A stretch of DNA of 63,917 nucleotides, counting the filler, from Perkinsus chesapeaki ATCC PRA-425 (lineage: Eukaryota; Protista; Perkinsozoa), in assembly GCA_013115145.1 (NCBI GenBank). It is 11 parts of 11 records of this genome, joined end to end, with 100 filler letters (N's around TTAATTAATTAA, not from the genome) between each part and the next. Parts side by side here need not be neighbours in the genome. Positions count along the whole stretch, not along the records: positions 26,830 to 43,454 come from JAAPAO010000704.1; positions 43,555 to 48,000 come from JAAPAO010001259.1; 9 more parts are not named here. One strand, given 5' to 3'. Shown here piece after piece: positions 31,801 to 43,793 of the stretch. A program made the translations under genes and the position numbers. The notes beneath the pieces were generated by a model. It worked only from the letters and a program-made list of their open reading frames with translations. It did not search any database and was not told where the DNA came from. The stretch's first letter is position 1. Each line of letters begins with the position of its first letter.

Positions 31801-34800
31801 TATAAATGAGGTTGAAAGTTTTGCCAGCATTTTCTAAGTCGGCACACCTTTATCGCCCGTCGTTCGATGCACTGATCATCGAATACACTTGCTGCCGGAT
31901 CGATTAGACCTCAAACTAAATATTAGCCGCTCACGGGTGGCGAGTTTGTATGAAACTGCGGACAAAATCCCAGCCTCTATTTAAACGCTTCTCAGTTCAA
32001 AGTGTGCTACTGTCCGTTTTGACGATAACCGGTCTGAATTCCCTTACTTTTTCACAGCAAGGAGATGATCTTGCAAACGATACTTATTTATCATAAGATT
32101 GAACACCAGAGATGTTTCACGCCTATACGCTTCTTGGACCTGCTAAATCGATCACCAGGGCGCGCGCTTTTGCCTTCCGACCATCTTGCCGAGATTTTCT
32201 GTCGTCGCTGCTCCTCCCGAGTTGTATGAAGGCTGGTCGTGGTCCCCGAGCCAGTCACCTTCACTGCAGCACTGTCGAACGAAATTAATCGACTTGCCAG
32301 TTACAAACACCTGCGGACGAAAGTGCAAAATGTCTAGCGGAGCGATGCAAACCTACTTTGAGAGCGATTTCGTCTGTTATGAGCGATGGAACCTTGTCAA
32401 AATCTATGGTGAACGTTCGAGACCAGATGTCCGAGCAAGATGTAGAGCACGCGTGAAGCTCGGATTCTTCGATGAAGAAATCCACCTCGCCGTTCTTCGC
32501 TATTCTACCTTCACTCTGACAAGAGTTAGATAACAGAAATAACGATGAGGAGTATCATCCGACAGTTTCCGCGGGCTCTCCAAAATTTCTATCGGTCGAA
32601 TTTTTCAAAGCTCCACGCGAACACTGCGCACTTTCGCCGTCTGCTGATAGTGCGAATAAACTACAAAAATCGCGGATTTGAATTCCGGTACGAGGAATGG
32701 CAGCAGCTAATCTTATCCTCCAAGGAAAAGCCACTACAAGAACTCCATACAGAGAATTACAACGCCCAATGGCCACGTGCCTTCACACCTATCAGTGTTG
32801 TGGTGTGTCGATGTCTACAGATCCACAAATGACCATCTTACCAGCCATAAATGCGTCATGTCCACTAAAGGCTGCAAGCTGTATTCAATAACCTCATCAA
32901 GAACACTTCGCAACCGGCAGCCACCGCCGTCTGATGACAAGTACGCCAAATCGATCATCTGAGCGAGCGCTGCATTCACTCACTTTGGACTACAGGCCAG
33001 CGAGCAGCAAGGTCCGCATGGGAGTCTCTGACAGCTATAATTGACGATACCATCGCTCCGCCATTCTTCTCCGACAAACATACTTCTGTCAACCTGAAGT
33101 GAAATGATGCTCTGATGAAATCCTCCTCTCCCGAAAATGTGTTGCGTAAGAAAAAATTTTCAGCCGTATGCTCCCACAGGCGGCTATCCCAATTCGATAA
33201 TATCTTCTCAATTTTCCTCATTACCCTATCTAGTCTGATCCTGCACCTCTGCAGCACAGTCAGATCTGATTTCAAAATTAAGTAACCTCGCACTTGAATG
33301 TACGCTAAACGATATGACAAATATGACAATATTGAGTTCATAGGAGTACGATGGCAGTCCTATTAAACCTATCCAAAAGACTCCTCTCCTAATTAGCCTC
33401 GCAACACTCTTTATGCCAGTCATATTCTACTCTACCACGATCGGTCAAATAGTGATCGATTCAGTAAGTTATCGCGAAAGGGCTCCCTGCTCTTGATGAA
33501 TTATGTCTTGTGTGTGAGAGTTTATAGTCCAACACCGAGAATGGCTTAGTTAGACTATCCATTACATGTGCAACTGCTGCCGGAAGGGTTCAATACCTAT
33601 ACTGTTTGGTCACTGTATGGTTCACCCAGAAGAATGTCACTGGTGCCAAGAGACCTTGCTCCTCCTAGCAGAACGGCTGTATTCGCCGAAGACCTATTAT
33701 GTGTTTTGGTGCATTCGGTCGCCAATTTTTTTCCAATAGGATCTTCAAAATCCCCCTTACTTCTCCAACTCCCGCAGTTGCTTTCCAGGCTGGAAGGCCC
33801 ACGCCTGCAAGTGTTGAAGTGTCCAACTCATGCCCGGCCCACCAATTCGAGATTCTAGGGTCACCGTTAACCTGGAGAGATATTCCCGCGCGCCAAGAAA
33901 TATATTTTTACCTGTAATATTCCATAAGTCGGTCTCTTATTTGGCTTGCGAACGCCGCTGCCGTTCGAGATTGGTTGCCTTCACATGAATCTTCATCAAG
34001 GAGACGGTTAACCCGCTCCAGCAGACGCCTAAGACAGGTCAAACAGGGACTCTGGCTACGCCAAAGAAGATGGGTTCTGCATCTCAAACTGGAGATCGCC
34101 ACTTCTGAGAATTAGCGGTCCGGATGAGGGAAACTCATCACAGGGGTAGCGAATTTCAAGGCCAAGCTGAGCTTAGCCTAGAACTAGGGAACTTAGTAAG
34201 TTCCCCTCCTCGTTGCCCAGCGCAAGCTCGTCGGGATAGGCAACTTATCTACACACTGACAGTGCGACACTGCGGTATTTGCCCACATTTCATTACAGCG
34301 TTGGAGCGATAATACGTTTATTATCAATGAAAAGCCTACCTGTAGATTCCTCCAACCCGACATATTGCCTGACACGCTGATGCATGCCGAGTAGAGAGCT
34401 GAATATCATGTCCATTTGTAACGCCGCCAAACATATAACGTCCCGTCTTGGAATTGAACCTGTGCGGGAAAATGATACTCGGGTTCTCCAGGTAACGTGC
34501 AGAATCTCAACTAACGAAAAATACAAGAGGAAATGCATACCGAACCGAGTAACCCGCAGTTAACCTCGAAAATATCTTAATCGATCAACCGTTTCGTCAC
34601 CTAAAAATGCTTCCGTCGATTCCCTGAAGCACAAATACCAAATCCCGCACGAGCTCTTTCTCGGTTACGCCTAAACAGACCAACTCCACTGCTCGCAAGT
34701 AGCCAATTCCTACCCTTAGCTTCGAGGGCGGCCAGCTCCTTGGAAATGTCATCCTGGCAACAACCCTCCTTTGACGCTCCGAGCAGCAACATATCGCTTG

Positions 34801-35638
34801 CCGCGCTTGGCTTGGCCTTTTGAGGCCGCGCTGACGTTCGAGCGAATGACTCCTGAAATTGCTGACATCAGAGAGATATCGAGGAGTATTGAATGCCCCC
34901 AATGCCGTCTAGGAACGTCTTCTCCAACGCCTTCCTGTCATACCTCTACTGTGTGTGCGAATTTGTTATTATGCAAACTGCCGAACTTTAGTTATCTCCC
35001 GCCGTAGAGCGGCTTGCTCCTGGGAACACCTTCCTGCAGAGCTGGATGAATGCCCGGCTCAGTGGTGAAACTTCAACGATCCCGACCCTTGGCCAAGACA
35101 GTTGTACACTAGTGAATAAAATATATCTCGAGCAGCGCAGTGACGGGCGGTGCCCGCCTCTACTCGGGTTTGGAGGAGGAGGAGGGGTTGAGGGGTGTCA
35201 ACGAGTTTCCGCTTTGGCTGCTCCTCAAGTTCGCTTTCCGTTATTTACAAGAATAAAAAATATCGAAACCTTCAATATTCACTCTGAAATTTCGACTCCC
35301 TAAAATTTGAATTCCTTCATTCACCGTTTTCGGATTGCCGTACGCATTTGTGATATCCATATTATCTACAGCAACTACTGACAAGAGTGCAGGAAAAAAA
35401 GAAATCGATCAAGTAATCGATTTAGTCTCACCACATTTCCTCTGAAGTTTTCCTTGTCCACGGTACCCGTCATCAAGCCCAAAAATCGCAGGACAGCAGA
35501 TATCTCCTTCAAACCGTGAGCGCCTGCCGACTGCAACTGCCTCACATAGCCCTGACACTCCAGAGAGGGCGGCAGCTTACCGCTGCTAATCTCACCTAAA
35601 GGGTCCGGTAACATAGAATTAGGCACTCTCCCAATCAA
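28847..35638 (-). CDS. TUBGCP3: Gamma-tubulin complex component 3 (GCP3/Spc98), many exons; 5' end uncertain
   Basis: Exons read EKELVRDLVFVLQGIDG, FASQIRDRLMEYYR, WTLQHLQAW, DFFIEE..IWSRTF..VPSLIT, RYLLLSQGDFVGHLMDLL, GWEVFSLDY, SAWQKL..DLDKVIRLHE and NRIDFNCFY*. Confidence 0.88.
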
Positions 35639-35969
35639 GCATGCACCCCCGCAATCGACAGTTAAGTAACATGATAGGAAGTAACTTGAGCCTTTACTAA
35701 TTCATTGTATCTTCCGTTATTGAATAACGGTCATAGGCGTCGCCCATAACCGTTATTAATATTTATTTTAATTAAACTTCAAGAATATATTCAATCCTCA
35801 TTATTATTATATATATTAATCCTACCAGGTGATGAGCTATAGAATAATAACACAGTCGAAACTGGATATCACTTTCAATCTTCAAATGCATTCTGACGAT
35901 TCCATTCTCACCTTCTCCAAATCTTTCTTAGTAAAGTTTACTGATGCATTTCTGCTACTAAGTATTTCC

Positions 35970-36095
35970 GTTTTTCCGAGATTTTTCCCCGCTTTACCGA
36001 GATTTTTCCCCGCTTTTCCGAGATTTTCCCCCTTTTTCCGAGATTTTTCCCCTTTTTCCGAGATTTTTTCCCGTTTTTCCGAGATTTTTCCCGCT
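35970..36095. repeat. 20-21-bp pyrimidine-rich tandem repeat, about 6 copies
   Basis: Repeated TTTTCCGAGATTTTTCCCC(G/C)(C/T). Confidence 0.9.
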
Positions 36096-36957
36096 TCTAC
36101 TGCGTACAAATCCACGTTATTATTAATTTCAGTACCATTGGCCACAACATCACATCAAATTTCATCCTTTCCTCGACGACCAATACTTACGCGCTCTAAA
36201 TCGTTCCCTTCTTTCGAGTGATCGAATCAAATTGGTGACCACGGATGTCTCTGGAACCTCTCCGATACCTGTGTCGGCTTGGTTGCACAATAGCGGTGAA
36301 ATGGCCCTGAAATAATAATAGCTTTGTACCCAGACGATCCCCCTCGAGTGGTTTCGGTAGTAAAAACAACCAACTAAGGATGGAGCTCCAGCTTAAATGG
36401 GCGTTGGGGCGAGCACGGTGGAGGAGCGGCATCGAAGCCGAGGTTCGACGCGAGTTATTTTCAACATACGGGAGAGCGTGGGCGACTAAAGTCCTTTACG
36501 ATATGTCCGTGGTAGAGTCTAAGAGATAGTCCGCAGAACACAGGGTCGGAAACTTGGAGACGTTCATTTTCCTCACCAGTGGTATCTGTCATTCACTGAC
36601 TCGTGCCCTAACTGATCAGGCATGCCCATCAGATCAGCAATCAACATACGAATGACTGAAGGGGCGTCGGGGTTATCAGATAAAGGAGGAGGAACCATGT
36701 CGTAAAATAACTTACAGCTCCACGAGTCCAGAGGCCATCTAGCTCACACGTTCTCGGAATTCGGAAAAATGTTCCTTAAGCGGTAAATAATGAGAAATAT
36801 TCTAAAAGATCATTTCCTACTGTAGAAACATATATAATAGCATACTTATCATCTTCAATATATCTCACTTCTAAAATAAGAACCAACACCAATAATAAAC
36901 GTCCAATCGATCCCTTCTAGAAACGACTGATCTTCCCCTACGACCTTCTGCTCAAAG

Positions 36958-39900
36958 TTAGTAGTAATAAAACGCGCTCTTGCCAGTCACAGTAGTAAAC
37001 AGGCTATCAACGGTCAAGCCAGATTTATTGAACTTCAACGCGGCACTGTCAACTATAACATCTAGGTAGGACACATCAGGACATGCCAAAGGACTTGGTG
37101 CCGAGAACACTTCTCGAGATTTTACGTCTGGTTCTCTGAAACAACAAACACATTCGTAAATAGGCGAAGAATCCTTTTCAATGCCAGCTGAAGGGAGACA
37201 TACTGGAGAACTGGAAGAATAGTTCTTGTGACTCGATACATGCCCGATTTCACACAGTCCTATGAGTCCCATCAACCAGGTCGATTCCCACAAATATGTC
37301 TATTCTTCTGAAACTAATCTGTCTCAAATTGCGTGGTTATATGAGCTCATCAGTTTGACACTGCTGCCAGCGGGATGCCAGATAAACCTCGATAATGCTT
37401 ACACAGACTTACTTCCCAATCTCTCCGGGACTTCACAATTTTCATTATCTCTTCCCTTGGCCGGCGAGTAACATCCATCAGTCCTCTCAAATCCTGCGAA
37501 AATTGGGAAAAATAGCGGAGCGATGCACTTTGGTTTTCATTCCGACCTCCAAAGTATCTTTTGGTGGCGCTAAAGCCTGGGCGAATTTTCCTTGGATGTC
37601 TTCCGGCAAAAACGCCAGAGACTTCCGATCGATTTCCAGCAGTTCGCAAACCGCCGATGCGACAACCACATCGAGTGAAGACCTCGGCAGAGCCTCGCCG
37701 GACTGGGAAGCTGCGATGATCAAGAAGGCGCTGGACGAGAAATTTTGCCTTAAAACGTTACAGCTCGGAAAGCAAAGCTAAGAATCGAGGGGCGTTCTTA
37801 GTGTAGATAGAAATGTTCCAAGTAGCAGATGAAGTATCAGTTGGCTATAGTTGTGGTCACCAGAGGACGTCAAGGCGTGAGTAAGTGATAAAGTAGGGAA
37901 CAAAATGTGTAACACGACGTAGGTTATCATTGGGAGTATCGTTAGAAGGCGAACAATATCAAACACGGTACAGTAAAAGTGGAACAGTACGAATTGAGTT
38001 TAACAAAATAATAGCTGATAGTCAATTTATTATGCAGGTTTTAACAAAGACGAAACAAAAGCAAAAGATGTCCAAGAGCTGAATATTGAATTCACATAAC
38101 GATACAGCCTCCTCACCTTCAGTCGATAAGGCGGTCACCGCAGCATCGGAACCGAACCAGTCGCCGGGGAACACTCTGGGAGCGACATAGCCAATTGGAG
38201 GAGCCGCTGACTTACGTATCCAGAATCATACTGGAAGGCACTGATTTAGAGTGGTTAGTGTACGAAATAGAGGCTGCGCATTTACCACTGACAAGTACGT
38301 AACTGAGGAGGAGGAAGGAGACACGTAACACAGAGAATATAGGAATGTATTGCGGAAATGATACGATATAACATGGCGTTAGAAGATGAGCTCTTCTAGG
38401 TTGAAAGCTACAGTAAAACTCTATAAGAGACATTATAACACGTATATAATTACCGCCAGACATTATAATACTACAGTAGATTAGTCGTACACTTGATAGA
38501 CATTATTATTATAGAAATCTCAGAATTTCACAAGTGATAAATGTAAGTAATTGATGAAATTGAATGTACTGTAATTAAGTAAATGATTTTTTAAGTGATT
38601 GATGAAAATACTGCCAGTAATATCAATAACAGAAATGGCAGCTGCGAGCGTATATCGTCACACTACCGAACCTCGCCAATTGTTTTACAGTGCGAAGAAT
38701 ACCGAGTTCTCAGTACAACCGCAAAGTCTTCCTGGGTATATGGACAAGTTTGCTGATAACTTATCAGTGATTAGGCAGCATGTTAAAGTGAGCTATAGAA
38801 TGAATGCTTATTGGCGCCAGTCTCACTAGACGCCGAGCTCCGGCGTCGCACGCAGAAGATCCACCCAAACAGGCGGCCTACAACGCTTTCGGAGAAGTGT
38901 TTCGCTCCACAATGACGTCTCCCATAGAGTGAGACGTGATGCGTAGGCTATTAACAAAGGGAATCATTTTGTAGGATAGCTTCACCACCTCGGGCCCGAG
39001 AACCTGAACCAATAGAACTTAGAATTTGATAAGCAGCTGAAAAACCCCCTTGCTCGGTCTCATGCGAGCACCATACCGGAGGCAGTGACGGAACTCGAGA
39101 ATGTATCACTGAAACCCATCTCCTATCCAACTATGGGTCAATTATACCTCCACACTACACCATTTTCACCTCAAAGTTCACATTGGTATTCCAGGATGTC
39201 ACGCACATTGCATCACTCAGTGGCCAGTTATACGCGAAATAGTGGAAGCTTCGCTGCGAATCTCGTATAACAGTAAAACCAATGCTGACCAGAGAGTCCT
39301 GCTGTAACATCATATGTTCAGCCCAGAAAGAGTGTATATCAAGTTCCCCTGTTTGCAAGATCACATCTTCTAAATTTTCTATTGCATATCCAGGCACACA
39401 TTCTAATCCTCAAGCAACACATTTGTGTTCAAGCGTGAATGACACCATACTGCTGGCATCGTGAGACCCTCGTCTCACCGGAAGATTCTTCAAGACTCTG
39501 AGGACCCCAGCAGCCTCTCCTTTCGACATTTCCTCCATCTCACTAGAGTACTCATCTTGCAGTCGACAAAAGCTGCAATGCGAAAATCGATCACCGCGCT
39601 GATCAGGTATATCTTACGTAAGAGAATCAATCTCCAATAAATAGGTATCTTCCTGTGCTCGTATGGTTGCCATGCGCGGGCGAGGAGCACCACCACCCGC
39701 ATTTGAGAACTCCCCGAACGACTGGCCATCGTAAAGGGTATTCAGTAGCAGTTCGGGACAGCTTCGGTCCTTCGGATTCTCACTCCTGATCAAGATGTCA
39801 CGCGCAACGAATATATATGTCATTCCTCACCTTAAAATGTAAACACTGCCCGAAAGGATAACGTAGACTTTCGTGCCGATGTCTCCTTGTCTGAATACAG

Positions 39901-41790
39901 GCATTGATTTCACAATCCCGCTTAAGGCGCTGTAGCGGAACTGGCAGCTATTGTGATTTGGTTAGTACCAATTATAATACATTGGACTTTGTAAGTTGTC
40001 CAGCTCTAGTTTTTCGGAGACAAAAAGGGCCACCAGGGGGAACAGAAGAGAGTGACGAGCCTCCTGCAGGGTCAAGTATCGAATCGTGAGAAGCAAAGAC
40101 CCTATGCAGCGTAGGCTACGGTCACGGAGCAGATCCCCAACACAAGAAACTGGGGTTGCCGGGCAACTGTTGCCCTGGATTGGGCGTCACTGTAGTGTCA
40201 TCTTCTCAAAGGGTTGGTTTAACTCCGACACTGGGCGACAGCTCAGCTGGGAAGAGTCAAAGACACCAGAATCGTAACGCAAACGAACCGGCTCTCACTG
40301 GTCAATGAATCGATTAGCGGGACTTCATTTCAAACAGTTAGTTTAGAGTAATATTATAGAGTCCGTATTAAAGACACCGATTTATTATGAATCTCTGGCT
40401 CTTCCATCTGCCGAATTCGGCGATCTCGTCTAGCTTCATGCCCGTGTTCGAGAACAGCTGGGCGCCAGTGCTTCTCATAGTGTGAGTGGTGTATCGGTCC
40501 TCGATCTCAGACTCTCCCCTGACTGTAAAAGTTCTCGCATATCGTCCCCCAAACGGTCGTACACCAAGTCGAATAGAGTGCCCCGGGATAGTCACTGACA
40601 ATCGTATACCAACTGTAAAGAAGCAGTCTTTGAACAGGGCAGACCGATTCACATCTGCCTTTTGTCGCAGCAGCAGCCAACGACGACTGTCTCCCCACTG
40701 CCGAATTGATCAGTCTTTGATAGTTTGATGAAGATCGCTACACAAAGGGTCCTCTTGGTATAGTGAAGCTGTACGTGGGGTCCACTGTAATCCAGTAAGC
40801 TCTCCGAGACGGACATGTAGCCCACCACACGCCTCTTTTTAGCTCAAGGGATCAACGAATCTTGAGTAATATTCAATATTCCCTGAGTACCACGGTTAAT
40901 ACCTAGATTCACTACGTTCGATGAACAATCAATATGATTGTGCAACATTGCGATACAATGAAACCGGGTTCCATTGTAGGCGGTCATACCGTGAACGGTG
41001 GTCCCTGGCCCGTCAGTAACGGGCCGTCACGGTAGCAAACAGCGAATATAAGATGCCGTAGTCGGTTAATAAGCTACCGCTCGGACTACCAACGTCACTG
41101 ATCCAGTGATGCCTCAGGAGTTCTCTCGACCACCAGCCTTAGTCATGGACTGATACTCCACTAAAATTCGCGCTGCTGAGCGGTCCTCAGTTCGGCTGTT
41201 CGACTGTTCGCAAAAACCGTCCGAGCAGTACCTCACGCCGAAGGAGTCTGCACGGACTCAAACGGCTTTATGGGGCGCACTCACCTGCTCACTTCCATCA
41301 CAGTGATGGCATCACTGCCTGAGTCACATAGTGGGGTTTAAACTTGAAGAGTTACACAACTTCACAAAGAGCTCCAGCGATAACAGCTGGTAAATTGTGC
41401 ATATTATTTCCGCAGGCAAAAGGCAAAATGTGCCGGAAGAAGCTGTGCGAAATAATAAATGTTTTTCCCCAAATTTCCCTCTGACAAGTCTTACCTGAAC
41501 ACATCCTGATTAGACTTGAATTCGACAAGGTTAGCTTCTTCAATTAGCGCCCGGGCTTGTCGAGGATGGAGTCTCAGAAAAAACGGCAGAGACGAGACGC
41601 TAGCTAGTATTTCACTCGCAGTCGAGCTTGTGCTAACATTAAGAATCTTTCCTACGGCAGTCTGCCGTCGGCAGAAACACCCTCAAGATTTACTTTCGGG
41701 CTTCCGCTTTCTCGACCTTCAGTTGTTGAAAGAGTTGAAGGACCGTTTGCAGGCTGTGGTACGATAGAGGCGTCCACTTCTCCTCCGACA
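36958..41790 (-). CDS. Multi-exon protein with at least two cyclic-nucleotide-binding (cNMP) domains; both ends uncertain
   Basis: Domain 1: EFKSNQDVFR|QGDIGTKVYVILSGSV (intron 39891-41494) then LYDGQSFGEF..PRMATIRAQEDTYLLEID. Domain 2: SMGDVIVERNTSPKAL|YVLVSGKC..RVFPGDWFG. Confidence 0.75.
40368..40850 (-). mobile_element. Degraded tyrosine recombinase (DIRS/Ngaro-like YR element relic) inside an intron
   Basis: HVRLGELTGLQW (catalytic Arg motif), frameshift, SKTDQFGSGETV, stop, then YTTHTMRSTGA...IAEFGRWKS (H-x-x-R and GRW motifs). Confidence 0.8.
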
Positions 41791-42422
41791 CTTCGTTCGA
41801 GCCTCCTATCGAATCGACCTGCCAATACGATATTGATTAATCCCGTCAGTAGAGCCCGTTGAATTCGTGTTCCCCAAAGGACGTAGTGATGCACTCCAGT
41901 CCCAATCGTTCGCTCGCTGGTACATCATGGACTTGTTTGGGTATTCTAGATGAAGTCGATTTAACTTCTAACAGACATCTCCCGACATAGTTCAAATCAA
42001 CATCAACTTAACAGCTTCCCCGTGAACCAACATCAAATTCCGGTAAAACGATTTTCGAACCCTCTATATAATCATTTTTTAATTGCAAAGATTCCCCCCC
42101 CCACTCCACCGCACCTCCTCGCTCAACCCTGCATGTTGCCCTTCGACATGATTGCCTGCATCATCACAAGAACCTACATCTTCATCAGCGGAAAGCTAAA
42201 TAGATTGAACAACTCAACGGACACGTCTGCTGATTTATTTTCGTACTCGTTGTGCTCGATCTAGAGTGCGGATGGCGTTGGGAAGCTCTCCGAGTACCAG
42301 ATGAGATTCTGCCTTCATGCGGAGAAGTCGCTCGCCAATATTCGTGGACTAAGTTGCAAAATGGTATTGTAGTGTAAACACCAGAGCTTTCGCGAACGTG
42401 ATGAGCATCACAGCAATACCAA

Positions 42423-42495
42423 GCCTTCTTAGCTTAGTTGGTAGAGCACCCGCTTAGTAAGCGGGAGGTCGTCGGTTCGACTCCGGCAGAAGGCT
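42423..42495 (+). tRNA. trnT-AGT: tRNA-Thr(AGT)
   Basis: GCCTTCT...AGAAGGC acceptor stem, anticodon arm CCCGC-TTAGTAA-GCGGG, GGTTCGACTCC T-loop, 73 nt. Confidence 0.97.
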
Positions 42496-42993
42496 TTGCC
42501 GAACCACTCTTGCATTCTATCTCCTCCATGGCGCTAAGCGCCATAGTCTTATGCATCTGGACCCCGGCTTAAATCGGGACGCATATCATACACGCATTCA
42601 AGACACGGATAAGCTACATGCTTAGGGCGCACCATTCCCACCTTGTTTCCTATAAAATCATCCAGTCTGTCATCACTGATCAGATCCAGACATTTCCGTG
42701 CCCATCGAAGGGCACAATAACACTCGGCCAGCAAGACCACCACATTGCCGTCTCCAGGTGTCTTCGCGAGCAGTCTAAGGAATAACCAGCATTTCGCACC
42801 GCATCTCGCCCCTACCGCTCACTCTTCAAGAAGGCCACTCGCAGTCAAATAGTCGTCGCGGTCAAGCAGTCGTTTGGCGTCGTCGAGAATATTTTCTTCG
42901 GAAGGAAGCTCGATCCGCTCTAACAGAAATCTCTACCGAGTACTAAGGTCACATAAAGAAGGTCGGAATAATAGCAAAGATAAGAATCCAACA

Positions 42994-43056
42994 ACAAAAC
43001 GCAGAGTAAAGGGATATCGGCGAGTCTCGCCGATATCCCTTTACTCTGCGTTTTGT
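42994..43056. repeat. Perfect 31-bp inverted repeat with a 1-nt centre
   Basis: ACAAAACGCAGAGTAAAGGGATATCGGCGAG-T-CTCGCCGATATCCCTTTACTCTGCGTTTTGT. Confidence 0.98.
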
Positions 43057-43379
43057 CAGGGCGAGATCATTTCTCATCAGCGCGTGCTAGCTCAGTTGCT
43101 CATGTCATCGACCAGATTGCCTAGCCGGGTTCCGAAATCCTTCCCGCTGAACAAAATGTGATTTCGTGAAAATGATTCGTATCATTTATATAGGCAAAAA
43201 GCTATGTATTACGAAAAGCAAGGTTATTACGAGTCCAGCGGATCAGAGGGGCTCACCTGGGGTATCACGATCGACGCCCGGGAGAGAGTCTTGAAAGCTT
43301 AGTTCAGATATGAGTTAGGAGGAACAACAGGGAAGAACATCTATACAGAAGAGCATTTGAAGAAGAGAGAGTGGGAACA

Positions 43380-43454
43380 CAAAATATGTTAATAGTGATA
43401 CGGAGGAGGAGATATAATAGAAAGGAGTTTGATAGGAAATATGTTACTAGTGAT
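43380..43454 (-). repeat. Diverged copy of the 43-bp satellite at a contig end; a related AT-rich repeat starts the next contig (43555-43640)
   Basis: AAAATATGTTAATAGTG..CGGAGGAGGAGATATAATA and ATATGTTACTAGTG match the 22146-22241 unit. Confidence 0.7.
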
Positions 43455-43793
43455 NNNNNNNNNNNNNNNNNNNNNNNNNNNNNNNNNNNNNNNNNNNNTT
43501 AATTAATTAANNNNNNNNNNNNNNNNNNNNNNNNNNNNNNNNNNNNNNNNNNNNAATGTTATTATATAATGTTGTTCGATTGTCCTTTATTTTTACACTA
43601 GTAAAATGTTATTATATAATGTTGTTCTATTATCTTTTATTTCTTTCATTCTTGCACGGGTAAAATGTTATCATTTTCCATATCATTTAAGACGCAATAT
43701 CGCTCTCTGCTTTGAATCTTCCGGCCTCTAAAATTTTCATCGGAAGTGTTTTGTTCCGGGTTGGATGCCTTCTTGTTAGGGCTCGTTGCAAAG

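Noticed and set aside
35882-36145. 87-aa Lys/Glu-rich ORF
   Set aside because: Simply the translation of the 20-21-bp tandem repeat.
42423-42743. tRNA-Thr nested antisense within an intron of the cNMP gene
   Set aside because: I could not link the exon-like segment at 42549-42780 to the cNMP gene, so nesting is unsupported.
43746-43793. TTG-initiated N-terminus [16 protein letters not shown] for PP2A
   Set aside because: It does not resemble the PP2A N-terminal helix and ends in an AG acceptor; it is intron, and the true first exon is beyond the gap.
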